44,333 bases of DNA from Mitosporidium daphniae (taxonomy: Eukaryota): NCBI RefSeq assembly GCF_000760515.2, contig NW_013546500.1:1-44333 (forward strand), given 5' to 3'. Position 1 is the first letter of the stretch. Each line of letters opens with the position of its first letter. A model generated the notes under the pieces. It made no database searches. It saw nothing but the letters and a program-made list of their open reading frames with translations, and was not told the DNA's origin. Below, in pieces: positions 20,745 through 31,762 of the stretch. Position numbers and translations under genes: made by a program.

Positions 20745-22271
20745 TTAAATCAGCAGTCTGTTTAAAACCCAAGCCCGATAATAAAGAAGGATACACATGG
20801 GTTGTCCCACTACACAAAAGGACACCCAAAAAAAAAAGTTTCCAAATGCCCGCCATTCAGGTTTTTTCATCAGAATATACTTGACCGTGTATATCAATGG
20901 CACCTACCATTAGTCAAAGAGCAACATACTTGCAGGAGAAACACAAGGAAGGCCCAGAACTGCAGCACATGGGTGGGAATGCCGATGGCAATTTCATGAA
21001 GCAGCCCTGATAATCCAAATATTGCCAACACGGAGATTGAGGGCGAAATCCCGCGTCGTCGTAAGGGCAGATAGATGTGGCGTTTCATCCACATGTGCAC
21101 CGGCTGGTTCCACAATCTCCAATACTCATCTATGGAGCAGGAATTCCACCAGGGCAAGTAGAAAACCCTATCGCCAAATCCAATCACCTATGGGATGTTA
21201 ATGAAAGCGGATCCAAACCTCCGAAATGCAATTCAAAAACGAGTGGAAAAAGGCATAGAAAAACAAAAGCCAAATGCAGATGTTGGATACGGAGAGAAGC
21301 AATAGCCGCTCGATGATGAGAATAAAGTCGAGCTGCACCAAATAATCAGTGGAGTTTACAACGGTCGGGACGGCGTATTGTTCGATAAGAATGTAAATCA
21401 TCGTGATGCACGAGAACAGCTCAAAGAGCCTGGTCATAAAGTATCGCCATCTAAAGGCCTCGCTCCTGGGATACTGCAGCTGGAAGCACAAGGTCGGTGC
21501 AGCCCAAAAGTAGAACATATGCAGAATGGATACCTGCGGATTCTCTTCCGTAGAGCTGGATGGGACATCTAAAGCGCCGGAAGAGCCATCCACAAGCTCT
21601 TTGGAAGATGTCAAAGCTACTCCATTTGCTGGATTTCCCCTTGCAGCTCGCATGGCCCCGATTGATTTCAAATCCATCAGCACCAGGTGGAATGAAATCA
21701 GCTTCATGACAAGAATAATCGATGAACACAGCAGAAGCATTCCTGGGATTACATGCTCGACTTTCTCCCACGTGAGAAACGCAGATAGGGCGAAAAGGAG
21801 ACAAATATTTGCCGCCTTCAAAAGAGTAAACTTTGGAACCAATTCAAGAGAATAGGCAACCAAAATTGCAATTGGCGAATAAAAGAGGCCAAAAAATGCA
21901 AGGTATCCAAAATCGGAAATCGGAACGCTATGGCCAGGAATGGCAATGAAGAGAAGCCCATAAGTGCGGAAATTTTCCAATGCAGAGACAGAAGTGCTGA
22001 CAACTAGCATCAAAATGGCAAGGTTCACTAGTCCATTGTAGTTTTGGATGGGCGATTCTTGGGCCAGAAGAGAAGGCTGTATGTGGACATGTATGGGATA
22101 TGCATGCGTGTTGATTAATTCGTCTTTACACAGAGAGCAGAGCACGGTCTTGTTGCATGAGCAAGGCCCGGGAAGCGGACTGAGCGGCAAGAACGGGCTC
22201 AATAAAAGGTCGCTAGACACCCGTTCCCGCAGGTTTGATGCTGAAGGGGAGGTGTGTTCTGCGACCACCAT
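20745..22271 (-). CDS. MBOAT acyltransferase, DGAT1-type, 2 introns
   Basis: NYNGLVNL, MKLISF, APTLCFQLQYPR, HSFLN, FGDRVFYLPWWN, WNQPVHMWMKRHIY, SGLLHE, GNFFFWVSFCVVGQP. Confidence 0.92.
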
Positions 22272-22426
22272 TCAGCAAATAAGAAACTTTAACTCCCTCT
22301 TCAACATTGACAGTTCACGATCGCTAATTGCAAATTCCATAATTAAACCCATATTGGGAATCAAAGTTTGTCCCGGTGTGTTGCGTTGAACTCGTATCTA
22401 TAGGTTTATTGTTGCATTTACTGGCG

Positions 22427-23602
22427 CTACATCAAAAGGCCCTTGGATCGAGAAATGTATGATGGCTCAGCAAACTCGTATATCGAGTCCGGAAATAGGG
22501 TATCGTGCTTCTGGTCGAGGAACCTGGGATGAGCGAGAAAATCTTACTGCAGTATTTTGATGAACTCGTCCCGCAACACGGCGGAAGTTGAAATGGTGGT
22601 GGCCGTTTGTGATAAAAGAGATGGGATCTTAACAAAAAGACGAAGAAGGTGTATGGCCCCATAGATCTGCGAGAGCGGCGCCGCCTCGCTTGTTTTGAGA
22701 ACATCCTTCAACTGCACCCGCTCAAAGGGATAAAGTAAGAAAGAGCCCAGGGCTACATTGAAATAATCGCAAAGCCCTTCGCAAACTTCGCGGGCAACCT
22801 CGCTGATGATAAGTAAAAGACACCGTACCGTTGCTGGGTGCACGTGCCATCTTCTGGATACTGGTCTTCCAGATACATGGCCAACACCTGCGAAAGCGTA
22901 GGCGTAGCAGGGGTTTTGAGAACCTAATCGGTTAGCGAAACAGGAAAACCATTTGGTTTTTAGTAATCGCCTCAAAGTCATCCACGAGAACTGCTTTCAA
23001 GTTGTTGGGGATGGGGATCTTCATTTCAATAAGCGTCGTCTGTGCAGACGTCTCCGTTGAATCATGCTCGGCTTTAGCATCTTCGGAGGGAGGTTTTTTG
23101 CGAGACGTCTGGAGGCCTGTCTGTGTTAACCGCCTTTTTGGAAGCACAGGGGGAGACTCCGCTGTGGGTGAGGACATGTCCACCTCTTGACCGCCCCTTT
23201 CAAAATGCATCTTTTTGAGATTTTTCATCTTGGCAATGTTTTCCTCATTGAGCTTCATTATCCTGCCGGGTCCAACCCACTCGTTCCACCTGCCGCGAAA
23301 GTGAGAAATTAATGAATCGATGACGGATAAAAAGTCAGTTGTACAGAAAGGAATCAAAATATGGACAGTAATCAGCGATAAACATGGGATCTTGTGCGAA
23401 ATATAGTTATAGCAAACCATGGTGGTGATGGACGTACTTTGCACTCCAGCCCTTATAGTGCACGTGATAGAGCGGCTGTTCGCCCTTGGATTCTGTTTTC
23501 ACATCTAGGATCTAGAAATAAGCTACGAAACGATGCCTTTGCTTCATATAACATCTCACCATGGTAGCAAAGAATGGATTCGTTCGCTTTGAAGGTGGCC
23601 AT
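22427..23602 (-). CDS. EAF3: Eaf3/MRG15 chromodomain-MRG protein, 5 introns
   Basis: ILCYHGEMLYEAK, YHVHYKGW..WNEWV, LKAVLVDD, YFNVALGSFLLYPFER.Q, SQIYGAIHLLRLFVKIP. Confidence 0.93.
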
Positions 23603-23641
23603 GTAAACCTTATATTAAAAAGGGTAATTTGCAAATTAAAA

Positions 23642-24203
23642 ATGAAGCGTTTTGGTAATTTCGTTTATCAGGCTGGCCTCGTTTTACCAGACAACTATAG
23701 CAACGCCATTTGGCGAGATGGCCGCCGTTTGCTCTGCAACCCATCTTTTGGCCCTCATGTTCAAGGATATGAAAAATGTGCACAAGAAAATACGGCAAAT
23801 AGGGAAATGCCTCGGCTTTGACCCATCTCAGCTCGAGGAGACTAAAACGGAACTCACCATGGATTTGCAATCTCAAATCGACGGTTTCTTCAAGGGCTCA
23901 GCAAGGAAATTTTGCGTTCCAGTTCTTCTGACAGGATCTTTGTTCCAACAAAGAACATATCGGTGCCTAGTCGAAGCGGCTCGTTTTGGAGAGCGCATTT
24001 CGTATTCTGCGCTTGCAAGAAAGGTTAGTGGGAATGAAGCGTCGAGAAGGGCCGTAGCACTTGCTCTTGGGTGCAATCCTATCCTGTTGGTTATTCCTTG
24101 TCATCGAGTGCTCCCGTCGAATATTGTAAAGGGGATTGGCGGCTTTGCCGCTGGTGTCCAACGAAAGCAGGAACTCTTGCGTCTAGAAGAGCGTATCGCA
24201 TAG
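23642..24203 (+). CDS. MGT1: O6-methylguanine-DNA methyltransferase (5' intron probable, e.g. 23663-23690)
   Basis: TPFG, GSLFQQ, FGE.ISY..LA, RAVA.ALGCNPI..VIPCHRV, GGFAAG..RKQELL.LE. Confidence 0.92.
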
Positions 24204-24354
24204 GTAAAAGCTGGCTTCTTCCGTTAGAAGCAGAATCTGTGCTGTAGCTTTGACTCGAGTCGTTGCACCATCGACAGCCCTCGGCTATCAATCAGACCGG
24301 GAAAGTTTAACGAATTTATAAAATTGGATGATGAATTGTAAAAAAAAATTCCTA

Positions 24355-26190
24355 ATGGCACCACCACTGCCGCCGTCACCTGTTCAGCATGAACTGGCCG
24401 ATTTGGCGCGCGTTTTCCGGGAGCGGTCAACGAAGGAAATTCCCCTTTCGTATATGGAATATTTGTCACTCTCAAAGCGGATTAGGGTACTTTCTTTGCC
24501 TCAGCCCCAACAGCCATTGTGGAAGGAGCCAATAGTGTCTTCTTCTGCTTCTTCCTCTTCCAAGGAAGAAAATTTCATGTCATTTTCTAATGCGGCAAAA
24601 GAAGCCTTGCGAATCCTAGAGGAAGTTAAAAGCAGGCCTTTGTTGTCCAGCAGGAAGCGAAGGAAACTCGCACCGCCGCCCTCATTTGTCTGCCCTTCAA
24701 TGCCTGAAGATGAGATTGCTAATATTTCCGCCTCAGCGGCATCTTTACCCTCCTCATATAGAGCCCCATCGACGCCATCGTTGACATCAAAACAGCAAGA
24801 ACCTGGAGTTCGACCGTGGTGGAGCTCCATTTGGAATGTGTACGATACACTTTATTCGGTTACTAGACGACCAAAAAAGATCCCAGTAAGTAATAAGGAT
24901 ATTGTCCAGCGGGATTTTTCTTTTCCATCTGTACGCACATTCCTCTCAGATTCCAGCACAGCTAATAGCCAAAGTGGCACCTTGGCTCCATTTGGCGGCT
25001 CTTTAGTGGGCAATGGACAACCGGAAACCACATTGCCTTCCCCGAGTGGTTCCGTATTTTCCATAGAGGCAAATATTCCTCGCTCTGACGCTTCAAATAG
25101 TATTTCAAATCATGACCCAAAGGCACATATGGAACGAGCACCAAAAGTGACTTTTTCGCTTCCAGAAGACCGGCCCGAAATATCATCCACATCCACAATT
25201 GCACCATCAACTGCTCAATCAACTGCCCCATGGGTGCCGATAGCGACGCCTATGTTGCCAGCGGCAACTTCATTTCAGCCTTCTTCACAGTTTTCGTTCT
25301 CGTTTCCTTCTTCCAATCAAAAGTTTGATATGGCTTCAAAAGCCTCATCCATTGAAATCAAGGAGATTATTGAGGACGAAAAGGAGAAGAAAACGCTTCC
25401 GGAGGAGGAAAAAAAGCCCGAATCAAGTTCTTCCCTTACCTTACTCCCAAGTATATCTGCGCCAGATTCAAAATTGTGTCCAGTTGCATCGCCTACGCCC
25501 TCTTTTGAAGCGTCAAGACCATTCTCTTTGACATCTACGGCTTCTACTCCACCTGCGGCCTCTGCAACATCTGCGGACTCTACAAAATCTACGCCACCTG
25601 TATCATCCCAGCTCCCCGCCATGAGCGCCAAAGGATTTTCCTTTTCCTTTCCATCAGCCAATGTCTCCCAATCGACCCCAACGCAAGATCAGAATTTGAA
25701 AACACCATCACCGTTTGGAAGCTCTAGCGCTTTCACGTTCAATGGATCTTCCACTTCACCGTTTGGGAGCCTCAACAATACGGCTCCCGCTTCTCAAAAG
25801 GATGGGGCTTCTTCTGTAGCCGGAGCTTCCTCGCTATTTTCAACCATTTTTACGCCTGCAACTCAAACAGGCTCCACAGCGGACCCGAAAGTTGGATCGG
25901 TCTTTTCATTTGGAAGCCAAGTGACTTCTCCTTCTAGTGGCCCCTGTCAGCCATTCGTGTTTGGAGCAAGTGGTGCCACTAATGCTGCATCCTCATTCCC
26001 GGGCCTACTACCTACAGGTTCAGCAGCCATTGCAGCGGACACTGGACTTCCGTCCACGGGTGCAATTGGAGGTTTTTCATCACCGTCGTTTATTAGTAAT
26101 GGTGGGGGGCTCAACTCGCCTGTCATGTCAGCCGGATCTTCACAGGGCAGGTTCATAATACCGGCCCACAAGCTTAAGCGCAGGCGGTAG
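24355..26190 (+). CDS. FG-repeat nuclear basket nucleoporin (Nup1/Nup153-like)
   Basis: S/P/T-rich with FSF, PFG, FSFG, FVFG repeats; basic C-terminal tail GRFIIPAHKLKRRR. Confidence 0.75.
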   Translation: MAPPLPPSPVQHELADLARVFRERSTKEIPLSYMEYLSLSKRIRVLSLPQPQQPLWKEPIVSSSASSSSKEENFMSFSNAAKEALRILEEVKSRPLLSSRKRRKLAPPPSFVCPSMPEDEIANISASAASLPSSYRAPSTPSLTSKQQEPGVRPWWSSIWNVYDTLYSVTRRPKKIPVSNKDIVQRDFSFPSVRTFLSDSSTANSQSGTLAPFGGSLVGNGQPETTLPSPSGSVFSIEANIPRSDASNSISNHDPKAHMERAPKVTFSLPEDRPEISSTSTIAPSTAQSTAPWVPIATPMLPAATSFQPSSQFSFSFPSSNQKFDMASKASSIEIKEIIEDEKEKKTLPEEEKKPESSSSLTLLPSISAPDSKLCPVASPTPSFEASRPFSLTSTASTPPAASATSADSTKSTPPVSSQLPAMSAKGFSFSFPSANVSQSTPTQDQNLKTPSPFGSSSAFTFNGSSTSPFGSLNNTAPASQKDGASSVAGASSLFSTIFTPATQTGSTADPKVGSVFSFGSQVTSPSSGPCQPFVFGASGATNAASSFPGLLPTGSAAIAADTGLPSTGAIGGFSSPSFISNGGGLNSPVMSAGSSQGRFIIPAHKLKRRR

Positions 26191-26202
26191 TTAATAAATC
26201 TT

Positions 26203-27432
26203 TCATGGCTTCTGTGTCCATAGCTTTAAATTGCCGTCCCAACTTGCAGTACACAGTGCGTAACCATCTGAAGAGACGCCAAGTGAAGAGACGCGATTCT
26301 GATGGCCTGAAATGACAGAAATCCTCTCAGCGCGAAGGGTATCCCATGCAGAGACATTGAAGTCATCATACGCCGCAAAAAGAATCCTTCCGGACGATGA
26401 AAAGTCTAGCGAGGTGACGCCTCCGGCGATGCTTGCGTGGGAAAAAATGCTGATCTCGCCGTCATAGCGCAAGTCAAAAAGCCTGCAAGTAGAGTCGTCA
26501 GATCCGGTCGCAATTACATTGGCATCTGGAAAGAATCTATGCAATAAGCGTGAAAGGTGGAAAGGTAAAATAAAATTTTGATAAATCAACCAACCTGACG
26601 CAGTTTACATCGGCCTCATGACCAGCAAAGGTGCGGACACAATGGCCCGTGCGGATATCCCATACTTTAGTGAACGAGTCGCAAGCACCTGTCACAACTA
26701 TGGACTGCGGCAGATCTACAGCCACAGACATCACGTCGCCATCATGCTCTTCAAAGCGTAAAATGGGCTTTGAACGCGAAAGATCCCAAAGTATTGCAGA
26801 TGTGTCGCCTGAAGATGATATTATCTGCTCATCCGACACGAAGCGAACACACGAAATGTATCCGGAATGCCCCATCATTTCTGCAGTGATTTTGGACGAC
26901 AAGAGAGACGATGAATCTTTGGATTGGACATCCCAAACCGAAACTCTATTGTCAAGACCTCCAGAGGCTATCATCTTCCCAGACTGCGAAAAGGCGCAAG
27001 TCATGACCCAAGGGGAGCGGAGCGGAATTGCAAGCATCTTGTTTCCCGAGATGCCGTTCCAAATGATGAGCTTTCCATCTTGGCCTGCAGAAACAATGTA
27101 TGGCTGTGATGGTGACCAGTACATTGCATATATTTTTGAGGAATGGCCCTTTAGGGTCTTTCGGACCTTGTAGCCTGTTTGGGGGAGCGGCTGGATACCC
27201 ATCTGATCGGAAACCTCGTCCACTAAACTAAGAAAATAAAGATACAAAAAGCATCGGCCAATTCTTCCTTTGTGTTTCGCAGTTTCACCTTGAGGCTCTC
27301 TATTTCCCTCTTGGTGGCAGCGATGGCCTCGGCATAGCCCTCGTCTGATGTATGTGACGGGACAGGACTGGACTTTGTCTCCTCCGTCGAATCGGTATCT
27401 ATAGAGTTTGATAAAGGCGATATTGTTGACAT
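26203..27432 (-). CDS. heterotrimeric G-protein beta subunit, 2 introns
   Basis: N-terminal coiled coil; [68 protein letters not shown]. Confidence 0.95.
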
Positions 27433-28154
27433 AATGTGATTAATTTTATTCTGGAAAGCGTGAAAAAAAGACTAAAAATGTATGTGCTGGCTATTGGTGC
27501 CTTTTTTGGAATTTCGAATACAGAATTATTGGAAATTAAACACATCCAATGTCAAATCAGCTCTGAAGTGATCAGACCAATTATAATCAGATGTGCATTT
27601 TATGATTGATGTTTAAAGTGAAGTTGGAATTTAAAATGCCAGTTGCCAGTTTGTTGAATGTGTCGGCAATTGGTATTTTCCTGGGGTGGCATGAACGCAT
27701 GAAACCGGCTTCTATAAAAGGCAGGCTATAAAAGCGTTTAGCGATGTTTATGGACGGGAAATGGCCTGCAAGCAAAATTGCCCTTTGTTCCAATCGATCA
27801 TTTCGCAGTGTCTCCAATCGAGAAAAGTATCCCCTGCCTGTAAGATGGATCCCAATTCCACAACATAAACAACCGAGTTGATTTGTGTGTTTATGGATTC
27901 AGTTAATCAAATAAAGCAAAGCAAGCAAACTAGGCAAACTAGGCGATCCCAGAAGAGTTTTACCAAGCGTTTTTGCCTGTAAAAGGCAAATTGCCATCGA
28001 TATCGAAACGCAAGACATCTAGGGTCGGTAGTTACTTGCCATTGTCTTCATTTATGGCCGGCCAAAAAAAGAAAAGTACTTTTGATTGAAACTTTACATC
28101 CAATGAACGCTGTTTTTATTGCCGTTTAATGAAAGGTATCGATCGGGAGCAAGT

Positions 28155-28613
28155 TCAGTTTGTGGATCCAAAGCCGCCTGAGCCACGAACAGTTTCCGTA
28201 AGTGACTGAACGACTCTCACTTCGGGCGTGGCAATCTTTTCCAAAATCAATTGCGCAATACGGTCCCCTTTTTTTATCGAAAAATCAGCTTCGGTGCTTG
28301 TGTTAAAAAGCAAAACACCGACATTTCCTCGGTAATCAGCGTCAATAACTCCAGCACCAACGTCAATTCCATGCTTCAGGGCAATCCCAGATCGCGGCGC
28401 CACCCTTCCGTATGTGCCTAGAGGAACTGCTATTGCTATGTCGGTGGGGACAAGGAGACGGCCTTGTTTCGGGACGATAGCATCCTTCGCACTGAAAAGG
28501 TCATATCCAGCTGCATTTTCTGAAAGCCTTTGGGGAGCTTGTCCGTTTTCAGAGAGCAGCGTTACGAACAGGGAGTCACCACATTGCGTTTCGTCGCGAA
28601 TCATAGACATCAT
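28155..28613 (-). CDS. DUT1: dUTP pyrophosphatase (frame is open further upstream, ATG at 28772)
   Basis: [41 protein letters not shown]. Confidence 0.97.
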   Translation of the reverse strand: MMSMIRDETQCGDSLFVTLLSENGQAPQRLSENAAGYDLFSAKDAIVPKQGRLLVPTDIAIAVPLGTYGRVAPRSGIALKHGIDVGAGVIDADYRGNVGVLLFNTSTEADFSIKKGDRIAQLILEKIATPEVRVVQSLTETVRGSGGFGSTN

Positions 28614-28807
28614 TTTAATAAAATTACATCCTTCAATTGAGGTATTTGTTTCGAGTAACCCTCGTCTTATTTGGGCCCCTTGCAGCAAAATTTCTTCGGC
28701 TAAGCCTAGCGCTTCGGGATCATCTCCATTCAAAGCCTTTGGATCAAAGAGTTTCCATTTCAGAAGCGGCATTCGATTTTGGGCGAAACTTTGAGAACTT
28801 GCAAAAC

Positions 28808-29111
28808 ATGCAACAACAATATCTTTGCTTCCTCGGGTTACCGGGTCTCAATGTGGTTCTTCTATCGATTTTAAGGCCAAAAAAGAAGCCCCTTTACGCG
28901 AAAAATTCCAATAAAATAAGCTTTTGTATGCGCCCTTTAACACTTCACCCTCTTCACTTTGAAGAAGATCAAGCGGCGAAAAACCAGCCATCTGCTCTCT
29001 TCACGGATGATGGTGCTTATTTTACGGCTTTTTTATGCAAAAAAGCCAAGGCAATCAATGGCTTGTGAGCTGTCTTTTCTCTTTTCTAGGCTATTTGGTA
29101 TGGCCGGCTAA
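28808..29111 (+). CDS. possible small spliced hypothetical gene
   Basis: Clean plus-strand intron signal GTGAGC...ttttctcttttctAG and a GTATGC donor; reading frame ambiguous. Confidence 0.25.
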
Positions 29112-29254
29112 TTGATCTTTTGAAGAGGACAATCCAATCTTTTGGAGGGTTCAGCTAATATGCCTAATGGTCACGACAAAGAGCTAGGCTAAACGATATT
29201 TATAACGCGCCTCAGTGATAACTTTTCCTCTGGTTTATTGCATGTATGTCTTGC

Positions 29255-29875
29255 TCATCTGAAGTGCCGGCTAGTATGATGCCTTCTTCCGAGCTCTTGC
29301 TCGCGGTTATATTCCTCCTCTAATATCTTGGTATAATATACTCTTCGCAACAATGTCTGCTCATAAATGTGCTTGAGAACAGCATATCGATATTCACTTT
29401 GGTAAGACCGATCGACCTTCATTCGGTCGATTTTCTTCAACGTCAACTGAAAAATTTTCTCATTGAAGGCATAAAAGTCTTGCGTTAAGACTTTGTTCCT
29501 GGTCTCAGTTGTTCCCGATGCGTCCTCATCTTTAGTATCGTGGATTTTCATATCAGAGAGATTTTCACCACTGCAGCCACTGATTGAAGTGGATTTTAGC
29601 CGAGAAGGTGTCCAGTGTTCGGGACAAAGGGGTTGTCTCGATGTCGGTCCGCTAGTTTTATTTTCCATTGATGTCTTTTTTAAGAGCCTCATCAATGATT
29701 TGATCGGTGGTGTCTTGGTTTCTTCTGAAAGGCCCGATCCCATCTCAGAGACCGAGGATGGTATGTTTGTGGAGCGCTCCGATCCCTTGCAAGCAGGGTC
29801 TTTTTCATTTTTCTTTTCCTTGCCTTTCTGCCGAAAAAACTGTATTTTTGATTTCAAGAGTGGGGACTCGCTCAT
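29255..29875 (-). CDS. hypothetical protein: disordered K/S-rich N-terminus, helical C-terminus
   Basis: 206-aa intronless ORF filling the gap; C-terminal IFQLTLKKIDRMK...QTLLRRV. Confidence 0.65.
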   Translation of the reverse strand: MSESPLLKSKIQFFRQKGKEKKNEKDPACKGSERSTNIPSSVSEMGSGLSEETKTPPIKSLMRLLKKTSMENKTSGPTSRQPLCPEHWTPSRLKSTSISGCSGENLSDMKIHDTKDEDASGTTETRNKVLTQDFYAFNEKIFQLTLKKIDRMKVDRSYQSEYRYAVLKHIYEQTLLRRVYYTKILEEEYNREQELGRRHHTSRHFR

Positions 29876-30051
29876 CAGGAAAATCCCAGTCCTCTCTTAT
29901 TTGGACATTGCAATTGAAAGAACTATACGAGATCAAACAGGCCAATCAGAAATTCATTTTTTGCAACCAATGAGGAAAATTTCAAGATTGAATAAAAAGT
30001 TTTACTTATTAAATTGGCGCAACTTGCTGCACCACCAAGGGGTATTACTGC

Positions 30052-31406
30052 ATGTCTTATTTGCATCAAGTGACAGCTTTCAATAATTTTGCCGATAAAC
30101 CCGCAGATACCGTACTAAATGACAGTTGCAACAAAGGTGTCGGATACTTTCCACTCTCCATGCTTGAGGAGCGGTTTAAATGTGGTCCGATCCCTTTTTG
30201 TAAGGTAACGGGGTCGTCATAAATGATTACTAGCCTATATTTTTGAATAGAACGCATAGATTTTTTTCCAAGTCCAAATTCTTTGTATCTGTTGAAAGCA
30301 AATTTGCCCATGATTTTTCGGTTGAAATTCTTCTTTCCACCTCTTTGAGTGGAAACTCAACTGCCCGCATAATTTCCCGGAAAATCGCAACAAAAGCGCT
30401 GCCGTTTTTTCGGCTTGTTTTTTATGCTAATAGCAACAGCACAAGAATAGAGTTTGTACATGGATGCCATCGGAGTTCATACAATGTTTCTTATTTGCTT
30501 CCATTTAAGAAAATTCATATCGCTGATCACCTCTCGATTGTGGTTTCCAAAAGGATCCCAGGCGCTACGTTTATACGGTGGAATGGGAAAATTCCGACCA
30601 TCCTTTCTTCTTCTTTCATTTACTTGAAATGTCCTTTTTGTACGATTAAAAGCTACTTTGCAGTGTTCCAAAGCATCGAGCAATTGCAGATGCATTCAAA
30701 ACTATTCCACGGCGACCATTTCCGTTACAAACTGCTGTATCGGAGTACCAGTATATATGTTTATGAAATCAGGGAAAACAGAGATCTCGTGGGTGCGATG
30801 AAATTGCTTTCGAGGACATTTGCTATAAACACGGACGATTTTTCTTTGGCACCTTTGCCATTTTCTTTCAAATATCAAAGGAAATCCAGCCGGTTTGAAC
30901 TCCGACCAAAGCATCAAAGCGAGGAAAAGAAGAGGCAATTTCAAACAGGCTACAACCGAGGGGCGAGATATTTTGTGGACTCGTTTTTGATGCAACCGCT
31001 GGATCCCGCAAAGTTTACGTCATCAACAACGACCGATTCGGAAGCCATCATCGATGAAGCGCTAATTCGGGACTTTTGTGATCTTTCCGAACAAGAAAAG
31101 TCGATAATGATCTGCTGGAACAATTTCCAGCGACAAATGTAAGATTTGAGTGTTTCTTGCCATAGGAAGCAAATTGATAGCAATTTTGTAAACAACATTG
31201 CCCTACTCCCCTTTATGCAAACGGTTATTTTGGAGTCAATATTTGATTCATGTTTAACGCCCTACACACTTTCTCTTCTTTCATCGCATGTGCTTAGCAT
31301 TCAAGAATTGCATGCAATAGACAATATAACGCTGCATGCAGCAATGGAGCTTCTTCGACAATCCAAGGACCTCCTTAGACTTAACATTGGCAGCCCTTGC
31401 ATCTAA
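30052..31406 (+). CDS. SUZ12: SUZ12/EMF2-like Polycomb PRC2 subunit (ZnF + VEFS box); introns 30205-30233, 31139-31165
   Basis: PIFLNRT, CPFC...LQMHSKLFH..F zinc finger, RYFVDS.LMQPL, DSE, DFCDLSEQEKSIMICWNNF. Confidence 0.8.
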
Positions 31407-31762
31407 TCACAAAGCATATAACAAGCATTGTCGAGTTTCCATTCCGCTTTTTGGGGACTGGCTACGGTTTGACACGGGTAGCACGACAATTAGATGGGAC
31501 AAATTTGACCTTTACACATCGGATCATGTCTTCGATTTTAAAAGGTGGAGGCCATCGCAGATTGCGGTACATTTAACCAATGCTTGCCTGTCTTAACGGG
31601 CCTATGTATATCTACTATTAATGGGGGGGGCCATTAAATCGAGTAATAATATTAATTGCATGCTAAACTTTACCACATCGTCAATTAAATCAATTAAGCC
31701 AAGTAACGTGTGGCGCACGTCTATAAAATTATAAAACTTTCCTTTGATTTATCACTCATTCC

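Noticed and set aside
23642..24203. MGMT as a bacterial horizontal transfer
   Set aside because: The family is universal, a 5' micro-intron is probable, and there is no compositional anomaly; cannot be supported without a phylogeny
26631..27173. Long antisense ORFs (also 2908-3366, 11689-12084, 29493-30086 and others)
   Set aside because: Ser-rich shadow frames of real genes on the opposite strand
28845..28855. In-frame TGA as evidence of an alternative genetic code or selenocysteine
   Set aside because: TGA terminates well-supported genes here (RPD3, PTH2, G-beta, dUTPase)
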